A DNA stretch of 25,452 nucleotides from a virus, in the IMG/VR virus record IMGVR_UViG_3300010271_000013; one strand, given 5' to 3'. The notes under the pieces are model-generated. The model was not told the DNA's origin, made no database searches, and saw only the letters and a list, made by a program, of their open reading frames with translations. Within the stretch, counting starts at the first letter, position 1. Each line of letters begins with the position of its first letter. The position numbers and the translations under genes are program-made. Of this stretch, positions 9,784 through 18,668 are shown in pieces.

Positions 9784-10971
9784 CTATAGTGGTCTGCCAA
9801 ACCTGTCCACACCCATCTCCTCATATAGTGTGTGGGCTCCCTTAACGGCTCCTACTTGGCCCTTAATTGCCTGCGCATCCTCCCCTTTTGGTTCATCAAT
9901 AGTTTCTTCTGATGTTTCAGGCTCCTCAATGGCCTCATCTGATGTTTCAGGTTCACCACTGGGCTCTGTCTGGGTACTTTTTATGGATTTCAACTCATCC
10001 ATCACTTCCTTTATCGAGTTTCTGAGCGAATCTATCTCAGCCTTCAAAGCCTGGACTTCCCCGGCACCCACTACTTCTTCAACTGTTTTGTCATTCTCAA
10101 AATACTGTTTCAGACTATCGAATATGCTTTTAAGCACGGATTTCTCATCCATCTTATCACCTCCCCCTTTAAGGGATAGGTATTTTGCTTTTGGGACTGC
10201 TGGCCTGTCCACGATCGAAACGGTCACTACTTCGAATGGCCAGCCAATATCCTCCAGGGTCGTTTTTTTCATCGCCGCTGGGATGGCTGTGATGCTGAAA
10301 CCCTGATATTTGCCCTGGACGATCCCTTTCCATGTGTCATCATCGTATACTTTTGCTGAGAGTATCCATGTGCCCTCAGGGAGTTCCACATCCCCTATCA
10401 CTGTATCCTCTCTCAGGATGAAGGATTCCACTGGTTTCGCCACATTCTTGAAGCGGTGGAGGATGTCAATGTTCTGATAGTTCTCCATGAAATTGTAGGC
10501 TACTTCTTCGATCTGATCTTTGGTGAGGATATCCCCGTCCAGGTCATATTCATCTGGGACCAGGACCGGGCCTGTGACTATCCGCTGGTGCTTATCCACC
10601 TTAATTATCATGTTCTGTTGTATGCACTGCCCCTGGCATTTCTCAGTTTTTTCATCGATCATTTCAAGGAGTCTGCCTGCGGCATCGAATATCTCATCGT
10701 TACGTGTTGCTCCTCTAGCCCCTGCAGCAGAGGATCGTATAGCTCTGAGTGCTTGGAGGTACACCTCCCCTTCACGACCATAAGGATAAGCATATGCCCC
10801 TGCAGTGCTGGGGTCAGCATCGGGGTTTACTGCAAGATGGAATAATGCGTACTCTTCGACATCATTGAAGTCCTTGAGGTCGGGCTTCTCCCATTCACCA
10901 TCATTAATTTTCCCAGCCTCTATGAGGCTCTTTGCATTTTCATATCCTTTCCTATGCAATTTCCAAGTCAC
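9784..10971 (-). CDS. putative prohead protease and/or scaffolding protein (395 aa)
   Basis: Position between head-morphogenesis-like and capsid genes. C-terminal third looks coiled-coil and very acidic (EPSGEPETSDEAIEEPETSEETIDEPKGED), scaffold-like. The protease assignment is a guess. Confidence 0.35.
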   Translation of the reverse strand: MTWKLHRKGYENAKSLIEAGKINDGEWEKPDLKDFNDVEEYALFHLAVNPDADPSTAGAYAYPYGREGEVYLQALRAIRSSAAGARGATRNDEIFDAAGRLLEMIDEKTEKCQGQCIQQNMIIKVDKHQRIVTGPVLVPDEYDLDGDILTKDQIEEVAYNFMENYQNIDILHRFKNVAKPVESFILREDTVIGDVELPEGTWILSAKVYDDDTWKGIVQGKYQGFSITAIPAAMKKTTLEDIGWPFEVVTVSIVDRPAVPKAKYLSLKGGGDKMDEKSVLKSIFDSLKQYFENDKTVEEVVGAGEVQALKAEIDSLRNSIKEVMDELKSIKSTQTEPSGEPETSDEAIEEPETSEETIDEPKGEDAQAIKGQVGAVKGAHTLYEEMGVDRFGRPL

Positions 10972-10988
10972 AACCTATCACACTCCCA

Positions 10989-11642
10989 TTAAATGTAGTA
11001 GTATGGTGGCGGTGGCGGTACGGCTTCAAAGTCGATCCCAACATCCCCAAAGTCCTCCATGATCTCATCATAATATTCAAGTTCAGTTTCACTGTACTCT
11101 GAAAGATCATCGATTGGCCTTCCATTCTCATCGCAGGGTTCAGGGTGGCATCTGCAGAAGGGGTGGGGGATATGAGGGAATTCCTCCACCCTATAGGGGG
11201 ATCCGTCCTCATAGTCTTGGCATGTCTCACAGACATGATCATCACCCATTGTCACCCAGTTCAGATATAATTCCCTGCCATGTGCTTCGGCGTGCTGACG
11301 ATATGCCTGGATTTCTGTGTCACGTTCAATATCCCTCGCAAGATAAACCACCGCAAGGCCCATGAACCAGATGATCTGCGCTAAATCCTTTTCATCCTCA
11401 AAGGTTGGCAGGTTTAAATCCTCTACTTCTTGAAGCGCGGCTTGGAGTTCATCGTATTCACGTTCACTGACACCATAACGCCTCATGAATTCTGCCTTAG
11501 TGAGTGAGTGAAAATCTGATAAGAAGGATTCAACATCGGTAACTTTTAAACGAGTCAGGACATCCTGTATATCCGCGAGGAATTCATCAAACATGTGGTC
11601 AAGCTTTTCATGATCATACTCAACTCCTCCAGGACGCACCAT
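10989..11642 (-). CDS. head-morphogenesis-like protein with Cys/His cluster (217 aa)
   Basis: Directly downstream of the portal gene, where Mu F / SPP1 gp7-like minor head proteins usually sit. Contains HVCETCQDYEDGSPYRVEEFPHIPHPFCRCHPEPC. Family assignment is unverified. Confidence 0.35.
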   Translation of the reverse strand: MVRPGGVEYDHEKLDHMFDEFLADIQDVLTRLKVTDVESFLSDFHSLTKAEFMRRYGVSEREYDELQAALQEVEDLNLPTFEDEKDLAQIIWFMGLAVVYLARDIERDTEIQAYRQHAEAHGRELYLNWVTMGDDHVCETCQDYEDGSPYRVEEFPHIPHPFCRCHPEPCDENGRPIDDLSEYSETELEYYDEIMEDFGDVGIDFEAVPPPPPYYYI

Positions 11643-11794
11643 CAGATCTCACCACAAAATGTTATTAGGGAGCCGGCCAACCACCCATAAAACCATATTT
11701 TTAGGAGGTAGATTTTGCAACAGACAGGGGGGATCTCATGGCTGAAGAAAAAACAAGTCTCATTTGGGTTGGTTGGCCGACACAATGGAAAATC

Positions 11795-13423
11795 TTACAG
11801 TTCCCTCCATCCTATAACCTTATAGAGGTAGTGTCGTATCCTCCCCATCATATCCTCAACAGATGCTTCTAGGAGTTCCTCATACCTCTCAAGATTCAAT
11901 GGTTTGGATGGGATTACAGATACTCCCTGGTTGAGGGCTGACATAGAACCCATATCCCCGCCTATGATGAGCATTTTCTTTCCAGCCTCATATGCCTCGG
12001 CCCTGAACTCTGCCAGGACTTCATCGATTTTTTTCTTTTTTTCTTCGGCACTGAGTTTTGATGATATGATTTCATTGAAGCGTGGACGGTATTTGGCATA
12101 GATCTTCCTGATTTCCCTGATCTGGTTTTTCTCATAGTTTCTTTCCTGTCTCTTCACAGACTTGGCAGCACCCTTTGATGGTACCATGAATATGTCAGGG
12201 CCACCATCCAAACCAAACAGTCTTTCACGCGCCTCGGCGGGTGTGAGGACTCCTGACTGTACAAGGAGTGCGTAATTCCTCACTGAGTCTGACTCTAGGA
12301 GGGTTTCATCATTAAATTTAAATCTTGTTTTGGGGTTGAATTTCACTTGAAAGAAATCTGTAAGTATGGAGGATATGATGTTCTGCTGTGGTCTCACAAC
12401 AGACTCATAGTATGTGCGTCGGGTTACCTCAGCGAAGTTACCACCCAATGGGCCTGTGTCAGCTATCCCCAACCTGTAAGGGTCGATCATGTGGGCTGCT
12501 GCAATATCATATTTTTTCTCAGCAGCATACTCCCTGAAGCTTAACTCTTTCTGTGACGTGTTTAATGGGGTGAAAGTGACTTTCACAGTATCCCCCCCGG
12601 GTATTGAGAAGACAAGGGGGGTGTGTGGGGCTTCTTTGAGGTGTTTGAAATTATCCTCGATCAATGCTTGGAGGACAGTTCTCCCGGTGGGGTTCCCATC
12701 AGGGTCCTCCTCAAGTTCATCTTCAAATTCCCCCGTCACTGTAATCACATAACTAGGGATCGTGTAATTGTCAAAGAATGCATAGTTGTATTCATCGATT
12801 TTCTGCATCGCCAAGATCGCAGGGGCTGCTGAAACGTACCGTGGGACGCCATAGTAGCTGCATACAGGGGAGGGTATATGGATAAAGACAAGTTCATTTG
12901 CCCCTACACTATCCTGGTCCTCTCCTGTTTCAGGGTTGATTTCCCCTTCATAACGGTAGTCCTTGAAGTGGGTGATGTTAACCCCGTCCCAGGTCTGCCG
13001 GTACCTTGAACCATCCTTATGCACCCTGATCGTATGGGAAGGGATATATTCAAACCTGATAGGGTCGCCCTGGCCATCCCTCACAACTTCAAGTGTGCAG
13101 TAATTAAAAACCTGAAGATCCTCAAGGGCCCTGAGGAGGACGTATTCAAATGAAGGTTTACATGCCCTGATGAACTCATCGACCACCCCTTCATCGTCTC
13201 CTTCTAAAATGTAACCTGTCCTGATAATATCATTAGCTTTAATACTACAGGCGCTGGCATGATAGGGATTGACCTGGAGGAGTGAAAGCAGGACAAGTGG
13301 ATTGACTTTGGGTTCCACGTACTCCTCAAAACGTGTCTCCCCAAGGGCCTGTGATTCCACTTCCTCCCTCTTAATAGCCTTATACTTTTCAAGTGACCTG
13401 ATTGAGAGGTGATAATTAAACAT
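11795..13423 (-). CDS. putative portal protein (542 aa)
   Basis: Start overlaps the terminase large subunit stop; size typical; sits between terminase and head-morphogenesis genes. Confidence 0.6.
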   Translation of the reverse strand: MFNYHLSIRSLEKYKAIKREEVESQALGETRFEEYVEPKVNPLVLLSLLQVNPYHASACSIKANDIIRTGYILEGDDEGVVDEFIRACKPSFEYVLLRALEDLQVFNYCTLEVVRDGQGDPIRFEYIPSHTIRVHKDGSRYRQTWDGVNITHFKDYRYEGEINPETGEDQDSVGANELVFIHIPSPVCSYYGVPRYVSAAPAILAMQKIDEYNYAFFDNYTIPSYVITVTGEFEDELEEDPDGNPTGRTVLQALIEDNFKHLKEAPHTPLVFSIPGGDTVKVTFTPLNTSQKELSFREYAAEKKYDIAAAHMIDPYRLGIADTGPLGGNFAEVTRRTYYESVVRPQQNIISSILTDFFQVKFNPKTRFKFNDETLLESDSVRNYALLVQSGVLTPAEARERLFGLDGGPDIFMVPSKGAAKSVKRQERNYEKNQIREIRKIYAKYRPRFNEIISSKLSAEEKKKKIDEVLAEFRAEAYEAGKKMLIIGGDMGSMSALNQGVSVIPSKPLNLERYEELLEASVEDMMGRIRHYLYKVIGWREL

Positions 13424-14822
13424 GCCTCCTCCTCCTTCTGAGGGGTCCTGAGATGTAAATCTTCTTCTTTCTCCTCATCTCCATTGATAATATGTTAAAA
13501 GCACCACTGAACGCATCGACCTGATCGTCATGGACACCCTCCATGGGGAAGGCCTCCAATTCATCAAGGAATGCCCTTGTCCAGGAAGCTCTGAGGACTT
13601 TGATGCGCCCTGATTCCGCATAACTTGAAACGGGAAGGGCGCGTGTCACCTTATCCCCAGTCACGCGGTCAGCCCTGAATGTGTAGCCTTGGAGTAGGCT
13701 TCTAAGGTAATCAGTGACTATCTTACCTGAGGATCCTGGCTCCTCCTCCTTAGCGATGATCACTTCACGCCCATCCTCCTCAGCAGTCCTCAGGACCTTC
13801 GATTTAACCTTTCCAGGGGATTCTCTGAACCGCCGGACATCAAGAACATAATAGTAATCCTCCTTATCCACTCCCAGAAGCAAACCAACTGTATAGTCAG
13901 GGTCATTGGCCCCGTCAGGTTTAGTTGCTGCGAAATCCCAGTACCTGACGCTCATCACAAGACCATTTGGGGGTGAATCAATGACCTCAAACCATTCCCT
14001 CTTGAAAACTCCACCCTGCAGTGTAACATCCCAGTCCCCATCTTTCAACTGCCTACGGGTTACATGGTCAAGCATATTCAGGGCCTCTTCATATTCATCC
14101 CGGTTAAGATAAGGGTTTTCCCTCCATGTTGAGGGGATGAATGTCTTTTCACCTGTAATGAAGCGGGTTTTAACCCATTCATGCCCAATACCTCCAGGGT
14201 TACTGGTGGCCCTGACGCGTAGAGGTATGTGATCATTCACTTCCTTACGGAGTGATCGGAACATGAAACGATACTGGGTCTCCATGAACTCTGTGAGTTC
14301 ATCGAATGCGATATAATGATATGATGATCCCTGGTATCTGTAGCGGTCCTTTTCATGTTCCATATGCCCAAACTGCAATGCAGCGCCGGAGGGGAATGTC
14401 CACCGTTTTTTCTGTTCATTCCACTCTGCATCCGTCCCCCCAAGCCAGTCATTTGCCATGTCTATAAGGCCTCCTTCCTGGCTGAGCTCAGGATAGGTTC
14501 GGCGCAGGATTAGGGCGGCGTAATCAGAGTAATGCACATACTGCAGGGCCCCCATAAGTAAAGCCACTGATTTACCGCCACCTGCAGCACCACCATACAG
14601 GACTTCACGTTCATCTGACAATAGAAACTTAATCTGTTTATGGAAGGGGTTCACAGGGATATATGGGTTCAATATTATCGTCGAATAGAACAGCTTCAAT
14701 TCCCTGTCAGAGAGGCCCTGGAGGATGCTTCGAATATTCTCTGATTCTTTCAGTTTCTTTTTCCAGTCAGCCACCTTCACCTTCAGCCTCTTCATCATCC
14801 AGGCCTTCATCCATACCCTCAT
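13416..14822 (-). CDS. terL: terminase large subunit (468 aa); true start may be one of the internal Met codons
   Basis: Walker A-like GGAAGGGKS in VLYGGAAGGGKSVALL, Walker B-like IAFDELTEF, and a C-terminal acidic nuclease-like segment (VHDDQVDAF). Upstream of the portal gene. Confidence 0.8.
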   Translation of the reverse strand: MRVWMKAWMMKRLKVKVADWKKKLKESENIRSILQGLSDRELKLFYSTIILNPYIPVNPFHKQIKFLLSDEREVLYGGAAGGGKSVALLMGALQYVHYSDYAALILRRTYPELSQEGGLIDMANDWLGGTDAEWNEQKKRWTFPSGAALQFGHMEHEKDRYRYQGSSYHYIAFDELTEFMETQYRFMFRSLRKEVNDHIPLRVRATSNPGGIGHEWVKTRFITGEKTFIPSTWRENPYLNRDEYEEALNMLDHVTRRQLKDGDWDVTLQGGVFKREWFEVIDSPPNGLVMSVRYWDFAATKPDGANDPDYTVGLLLGVDKEDYYYVLDVRRFRESPGKVKSKVLRTAEEDGREVIIAKEEEPGSSGKIVTDYLRSLLQGYTFRADRVTGDKVTRALPVSSYAESGRIKVLRASWTRAFLDELEAFPMEGVHDDQVDAFSGAFNILSMEMRRKKKIYISGPLRRRRRHV

Positions 14823-15288
14823 CCTTCAGGTTCTTCGTGGCCGACACAAGATCCTCCAGCAAATCCTCCAGTTCACCACCACTTTCACGGTGTTCATGTA
14901 TCTCAGTAGGATCCCCCAGGCCCAATGCTATTGCTAATCCAAGGTTATGGAGGTCCTTAGATGTCTGTAAAGTGAGGCCTTCCCCTCCATTCTCGATGGA
15001 TTCAATGTAACCCTCCAGTGTGAGGCTGCAAGCCTTAAGGTATTTGCTCCAGAGGTCAGCATAATACTCCTTTGACTCCTCTGATAATTCTTCACGCGCT
15101 CTTCTTATCTCCTGGAGTTGTTTTTTCTCGTACTGGTATATCCTCTCCCGCCACCTGAGTTTGGATGACCATCCTCTGATTGTGTCATATGAGTATCCGA
15201 ATTTTTCAGCGACTTTTTTCAGGTTTCTTTTGTCGCCAAGGGAGTAGTAGTATTCGAATGCTTTTCTTTGGGTTGGTGTTTCTTTCAT
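14767..15288 (-). CDS. putative terminase small subunit / DNA-binding protein (173 aa)
   Basis: Immediately upstream of and overlapping terL. Basic N-terminal helix-turn-helix-like region (RKAFEYYYSLGDKRNLKKVAEKFGYSYDTIRGW) and acidic C-terminus. Confidence 0.4.
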   Translation of the reverse strand: MKETPTQRKAFEYYYSLGDKRNLKKVAEKFGYSYDTIRGWSSKLRWRERIYQYEKKQLQEIRRAREELSEESKEYYADLWSKYLKACSLTLEGYIESIENGGEGLTLQTSKDLHNLGLAIALGLGDPTEIHEHRESGGELEDLLEDLVSATKNLKDEGMDEGLDDEEAEGEGG

Positions 15289-15328
15289 GTGTGATCTTGT
15301 GTTTGTTTGTGTGATTTTGTGGTTGGGG

Positions 15329-15601
15329 TTATATTGTGCGTATGAGTGTGATGATTATGGGGATGATCAGGGCTGTTAGGAGTATCATGGTGATTTTGTG
15401 GTAGGCTTTGAGGGTTGCTATTTCTGCTTGGAGGTCTATTAGCATTTTATTGGTATCCTTGATGTCGATGATGTCGTATTCAACGTTTTTCAGTCTCTCC
15501 TCGAGGCTTGTTATCCTCTCTTTTTGTATGCATCCATGTCCCTCTTTTGTCATGTTGTTTCTCCTGGGCGGGCTATGTATCCTGCGATGGCCCCGATACA
15601 T
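15329..15601 (-). CDS. small C-terminally membrane-anchored protein; probable real start at ATG 15551..15553 (74 aa)
   Basis: Internal ATG overlaps the upstream gene's TGA in an ATGA arrangement. Predicted coiled coil followed by a hydrophobic C-terminus (ITMILLTALIIPIIITLI). Confidence 0.4.
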   Translation of the reverse strand: MYRGHRRIHSPPRRNNMTKEGHGCIQKERITSLEERLKNVEYDIIDIKDTNKMLIDLQAEIATLKAYHKITMILLTALIIPIIITLIRTI

Positions 15602-15768
15602 GCAGAGCCTAATTCGTATTGTTTGAAGTACAAGGATATCATCCCCAATATGATAAGGCCTGTAAGTCCTAGTGCTTCACGATCCAATTTTGTCACCTCA
15701 GTTCTCTCCTCTATAATATGTATGTAACGTAGTCGGAACATCAACAGAGTTATTAGAGAATACTGCAA
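15550..15768 (-). CDS. small two-helix membrane protein, holin-like (72 aa)
   Basis: Two hydrophobic segments (ALGLTGLIILGMISLYF and LGSACIGAIAGYIA). The holin call rests on topology only. Confidence 0.35.
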   Translation of the reverse strand: MQYSLITLLMFRLRYIHIIEERTEVTKLDREALGLTGLIILGMISLYFKQYELGSACIGAIAGYIARPGETT

Positions 15769-15778
15769 AACTGGGTGG

Positions 15779-15991
15779 TTAAAGTAGTAGACCCCAGGGT
15801 AAGTCCAATTTCACTCCACCAACATAACAATAAACACTTGACAGGACCAAACCACATGACCTGCAGCAAATATTATACTCAGAATCCAGCTCAAAATGGA
15901 TACCTTCACATTCAGGGCATTTCTCCTCCTCACTCAAAAACAAATTATAATTATCATATACTTTGACCTGGAATATCCTGTAATCCTGCAA
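15779..15991 (-). CDS. zinc-ribbon protein (70 aa)
   Basis: CPECEGIHF...CCRSCG, two Cys pairs about 17 residues apart. Confidence 0.45.
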   Translation of the reverse strand: MQDYRIFQVKVYDNYNLFLSEEEKCPECEGIHFELDSEYNICCRSCGLVLSSVYCYVGGVKLDLPWGLLL

Positions 15992-15994
15992 TAT

Positions 15995-16372
15995 TCATCC
16001 CCTCACAACAGGGGATCTGCTACGATAATATCTGAGGAGATTCCTGAGGACAGTAGTGTACAATTTATAGTTAACATTGTATTCTTTGAGGATAGTGTAC
16101 CTGTCTATCCTTAGGGGATGGCCTGTTGATTCCTCCTTGATGAATACTGCAAGGGCCAATAAGACCTGTTCCATTGATGCGCGCTTATGTAATTGTTTGA
16201 TCCCCACCCTCCGTGTTATGTAGAGTATTCTTTGTATATCAGTCCTGTTGAGGTTGAGGTCTGCAGATATTGTCTCCAGGAAAAAGTAGTGTTGAGTATG
16301 TCTCCATTCACCATTAGAAGAATTATGCATATCATATCTTCGGTTTAAGGATTCACTTACTACCATATACAA
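15995..16372 (-). CDS. hypothetical protein, possible DNA-binding (125 aa)
   Basis: First ORF downstream of the palindrome-rich control region; basic helical segments. TATA-like TTTTATAG on the minus strand at about 16391..16398, roughly 20-25 nt upstream of the ATG. Confidence 0.45.
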   Translation of the reverse strand: MYMVVSESLNRRYDMHNSSNGEWRHTQHYFFLETISADLNLNRTDIQRILYITRRVGIKQLHKRASMEQVLLALAVFIKEESTGHPLRIDRYTILKEYNVNYKLYTTVLRNLLRYYRSRSPVVRG

Positions 16373-16699
16373 AAATAAAAAAAGCAGAGACTATAAAACT
16401 TTTCACAGCGAAATCAACATGGTGAATAAAGGTATCCGCATCATATTTTAAAGTACTCTTTTGCTTACCATATCTCTTTTCTACAAAATATAATTTGCTG
16501 TTTTATATTATTACGAAGCCCTCTATTTTAATGTATGTACAAAGAAAAAAAGATGTATGTACATCCGCGAATGTATCCCCAGGGAGTCTTGTACAGTCGA
16601 CTGTACATGCCCTGTACAGCTGTATGTACATGATGTGCTGGGGGTACTCTCGTCAATGTATGTACAAAGAGAAAAAGATGTATGTACAAATAGATAAAT
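16373..16699. promoter_or_regulatory. AT-rich intergenic control region with clustered TGTACA palindromes (candidate operator and promoter, or origin)
   Basis: About 330 bp without a credible ORF, lying between the regulatory gene block and the structural genes. Eight TGTACA hexamers and an 18-bp perfect palindrome. Confidence 0.55.
16530..16688. repeat. 34-bp direct repeat pair bracketing a palindrome cluster
   Basis: AATGTATGTACAAAGAAAAAAAGATGTATGTACA at 16530..16563 and AATGTATGTACAAAGAGAAAAAGATGTATGTACA at 16655..16688 (one mismatch). Between them the perfect palindrome TGTACAGTCGACTGTACA (16590..16607) and further TGTACA sites at 16613..16618 and 16625..16630. Confidence 0.9.
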
Positions 16700-17164
16700 T
16701 TATAAGGAGACTCCCATATCTAAAAGTAACCTTAAAATCTCCTCTTCAGGAGCCCCATAGATCCTACTAGCAATCTCTATCAGATCCTCACCACGATCAT
16801 TAACAACCTCACTGGGGGAAACCATACCCTCTCTCTCCTCAAGTCTCTCCATAACAAACCTTGCAGCTTCCCTCACCTCCCTCATGGGTTCATCAACAGG
16901 CTCAGAAAACCTCTCTAACTCTCTTTTCAATCGATCCTCTTCCATATTCAATCTTTCCAATTCTTTCTCTAATTCAATCTTCCTCTCAGATATCTCATCT
17001 AACTCTTCCCTGAGTGCTTTCAGATATAACTCTGGGATTATACCCTTATTCTTCCTGAGTAACCTTGCAAAATATTCGATGGCATCAGCATAGGTGTACC
17101 TGCTTTTCTTAATAGTCTCCTTATCAACCCTTGAAACCCTGACATTTATTCGCGCGGTTTTCAT
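16700..17164 (-). CDS. ribbon-helix-helix-like DNA-binding protein with coiled-coil C-terminal region (154 aa)
   Basis: N-terminus ARINVRVSRVDKETIKK...YADAIEYFARLL fits a strand-helix-helix pattern; charged coiled-coil-like middle. Gene ends at the edge of the palindrome cluster. Confidence 0.45.
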   Translation of the reverse strand: MKTARINVRVSRVDKETIKKSRYTYADAIEYFARLLRKNKGIIPELYLKALREELDEISERKIELEKELERLNMEEDRLKRELERFSEPVDEPMREVREAARFVMERLEEREGMVSPSEVVNDRGEDLIEIASRIYGAPEEEILRLLLDMGVSL

Positions 17165-17445
17165 GGTGCTTCACTGTTTAAGACCCCTTTTAGCCTATTT
17201 TTCTCATGATATTCCCTTAATTTCTCCTTACTCTTCCTTTCATCCTCATCGTACTCTGACGCCATCCTTCTGAGGACTTCTCCCACAGGAATCTGTCGCA
17301 TCAGTGAATAGATGCTCATTGTCTCCCTGAAGTAGTAGTTCATCTGGTTCATGAATAACTGCATGACCCTATCCAAGTCAACATCATTCTCCATGAAGAA
17401 CTTGTATAGTTCATCGTCTACTCTTAAAGTCACTTTAACCTCCAA
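17161..17445 (-). CDS. small possible ribbon-helix-helix protein (94 aa)
   Basis: N-terminus KVTLRVDDELYKFF; 4-nt overlap with the downstream gene. Confidence 0.35.
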   Translation of the reverse strand: MEVKVTLRVDDELYKFFMENDVDLDRVMQLFMNQMNYYFRETMSIYSLMRQIPVGEVLRRMASEYDEDERKSKEKLREYHEKNRLKGVLNSEAP

Positions 17446-17447
17446 GA

Positions 17448-17681
17448 CTATTGGCCCCCCTCGTCATCTAATAATTTCTTTAGTGACATTATTGTAACAG
17501 CCACCAATGTCTCTGACTCCCTTATACTTGTACCTTTAATTGTGGCCTCTAAGGCGATTAGAAGCGCTTCCAACCCAATTAATGGATGCGCCCCCTCATC
17601 ACGGAATAACCTCACAGTCTTAAGAGCTAATTCTTTACTTTCCTCAAAGGCTTCCTCGGTCAATATAAACTTGTCATCCAT
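17448..17681 (-). CDS. hypothetical protein (77 aa)
   Basis: ORF in the tightly packed operon. Confidence 0.4.
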   Translation of the reverse strand: MDDKFILTEEAFEESKELALKTVRLFRDEGAHPLIGLEALLIALEATIKGTSIRESETLVAVTIMSLKKLLDDEGGQ

Positions 17682-17683
17682 TA

Positions 17684-17953
17684 CTACGCCTCCAATGTGT
17701 ACACCCTGACTGGTTTCCCATACTTATTCATCGTTATCCCCGTGGTCACCGCCACCCTACGCGTGTAGATTGTGACAGCCTGCCGGGTTACATCATAATT
17801 CCTTCCGAATTCATAGTTGTGAAGGAGTAGCCTGTGCAACTCCTCCACACTCAACTCCCCATATTCCATGAGCAATTCCTTTATGGCCTTCTGGAGGTCT
17901 CGCCTTCCGCAGATCCTCCTCTGCATCCTTCTTCCCCCCATCTGTGGGCCCAT
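17684..17953 (-). CDS. putative winged-helix DNA-binding protein (89 aa)
   Basis: Basic N-terminus followed by helix-turn-helix-like ELSVEELHRLL. Confidence 0.4.
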   Translation of the reverse strand: MGPQMGGRRMQRRICGRRDLQKAIKELLMEYGELSVEELHRLLLHNYEFGRNYDVTRQAVTIYTRRVAVTTGITMNKYGKPVRVYTLEA

Positions 17954-18014
17954 CTGATGAGTTTACTCCATGCTTCCATTGCACTCTGGAGTTCTTCCTC
18001 ATCAACGTTTCCTC

Positions 18015-18482
18015 TCATCCTTTCACCCCCAGGGTGGTTTGATCAGCGGGGATCTTTTCTTCACGGATCTGGCTTTTGGGGAGCCAGTAAGACTCCCCTT
18101 TAGGTGTTCTCAGCAGTATGGCCTTGGGTGTTTCATGTTCTATTGTCCCTGTCACTCTTTCCCTGGTGAGTCCTTTTTCCTCAGCAAGCCAAGCAGGCAC
18201 TTTGAATGTGCGCATGCATTCATGGTCACCGTATTCTTCATATGATTCGTTGAGTATGTGCTGCAGGACTGCCCAGCAATGTTTGCAGATGTATGAACCC
18301 TCATCGCCATGACGGTACTGGTAATCAGGGCATTCGCATCGTATCATGTTATCCAGTACTGTGACAAGGTATTCCCCATTCTCTGACCGGGTGATGAATG
18401 GTAGTAATGCATCATCCCCAGGTAGAGGTTCGACTTGAATGTTCTGCGCCTTCCGCAGCCTCCGTAGGTGTTCCCCCACCAT
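18015..18482 (-). CDS. SWIM-type zinc-finger protein (155 aa)
   Basis: CECPDYQYRHGDEGSYICKHC matches the SWIM pattern CxC-x(n)-CxH. Confidence 0.5.
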   Translation of the reverse strand: MVGEHLRRLRKAQNIQVEPLPGDDALLPFITRSENGEYLVTVLDNMIRCECPDYQYRHGDEGSYICKHCWAVLQHILNESYEEYGDHECMRTFKVPAWLAEEKGLTRERVTGTIEHETPKAILLRTPKGESYWLPKSQIREEKIPADQTTLGVKG

Positions 18483-18667
18483 CAGCGCATCCTCCTCTCA
18501 AGGTATTCTCTCTCAATGTTCACATAGTCCAGGTAATAGAGGATGGCGTCATTGATGATCTCATTCAGGGATAGTTTCACTCCTTCGTCCTGCGCTGTTA
18601 TCACAATATCTTTCAGGTAACTGTACACACCTTCAGGGAGCATTATGCTGGTCCTGACTCTATCCAT
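18482..18667 (-). CDS. ribbon-helix-helix (CopG/Arc-like) protein (61 aa)
   Basis: RTSIMLPEGVYSYLKDI...LSLNEIINDAILYYL is a typical strand-helix-helix layout. Overlaps the SWIM gene by 1 nt. Confidence 0.5.
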   Translation of the reverse strand: MDRVRTSIMLPEGVYSYLKDIVITAQDEGVKLSLNEIINDAILYYLDYVNIEREYLERRMR

Positions 18668-18668
18668 G

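Noticed and set aside
9716-10306. Plus-strand 196-aa ORF and other plus-strand ORFs across the head genes (10456..10845, 10520..10783, 10805..11062, 11114..11365)
   Set aside because: Antisense to the capsid, scaffold and head-morphogenesis genes; Ser-rich low-complexity products.
11673-11779. Inverted repeat (CGGCCAACCA and TGGTTGGCCG) in the portal to head-morphogenesis gap
   Set aside because: Only about 10 bp are perfect and the arms are some 80 nt apart; it could be chance, and no terminator-like T-tract follows on the transcribed strand.
16495-16770. Plus-strand 91-aa ORF across the palindrome region
   Set aside because: It spans the TGTACA repeat cluster and its sequence is dictated by the repeats; better explained as a regulatory intergenic region.
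17811-18005. Minus-strand 64-aa ORF
   Set aside because: It overlaps 17684..17953 in another frame and breaks the otherwise exact gene packing.
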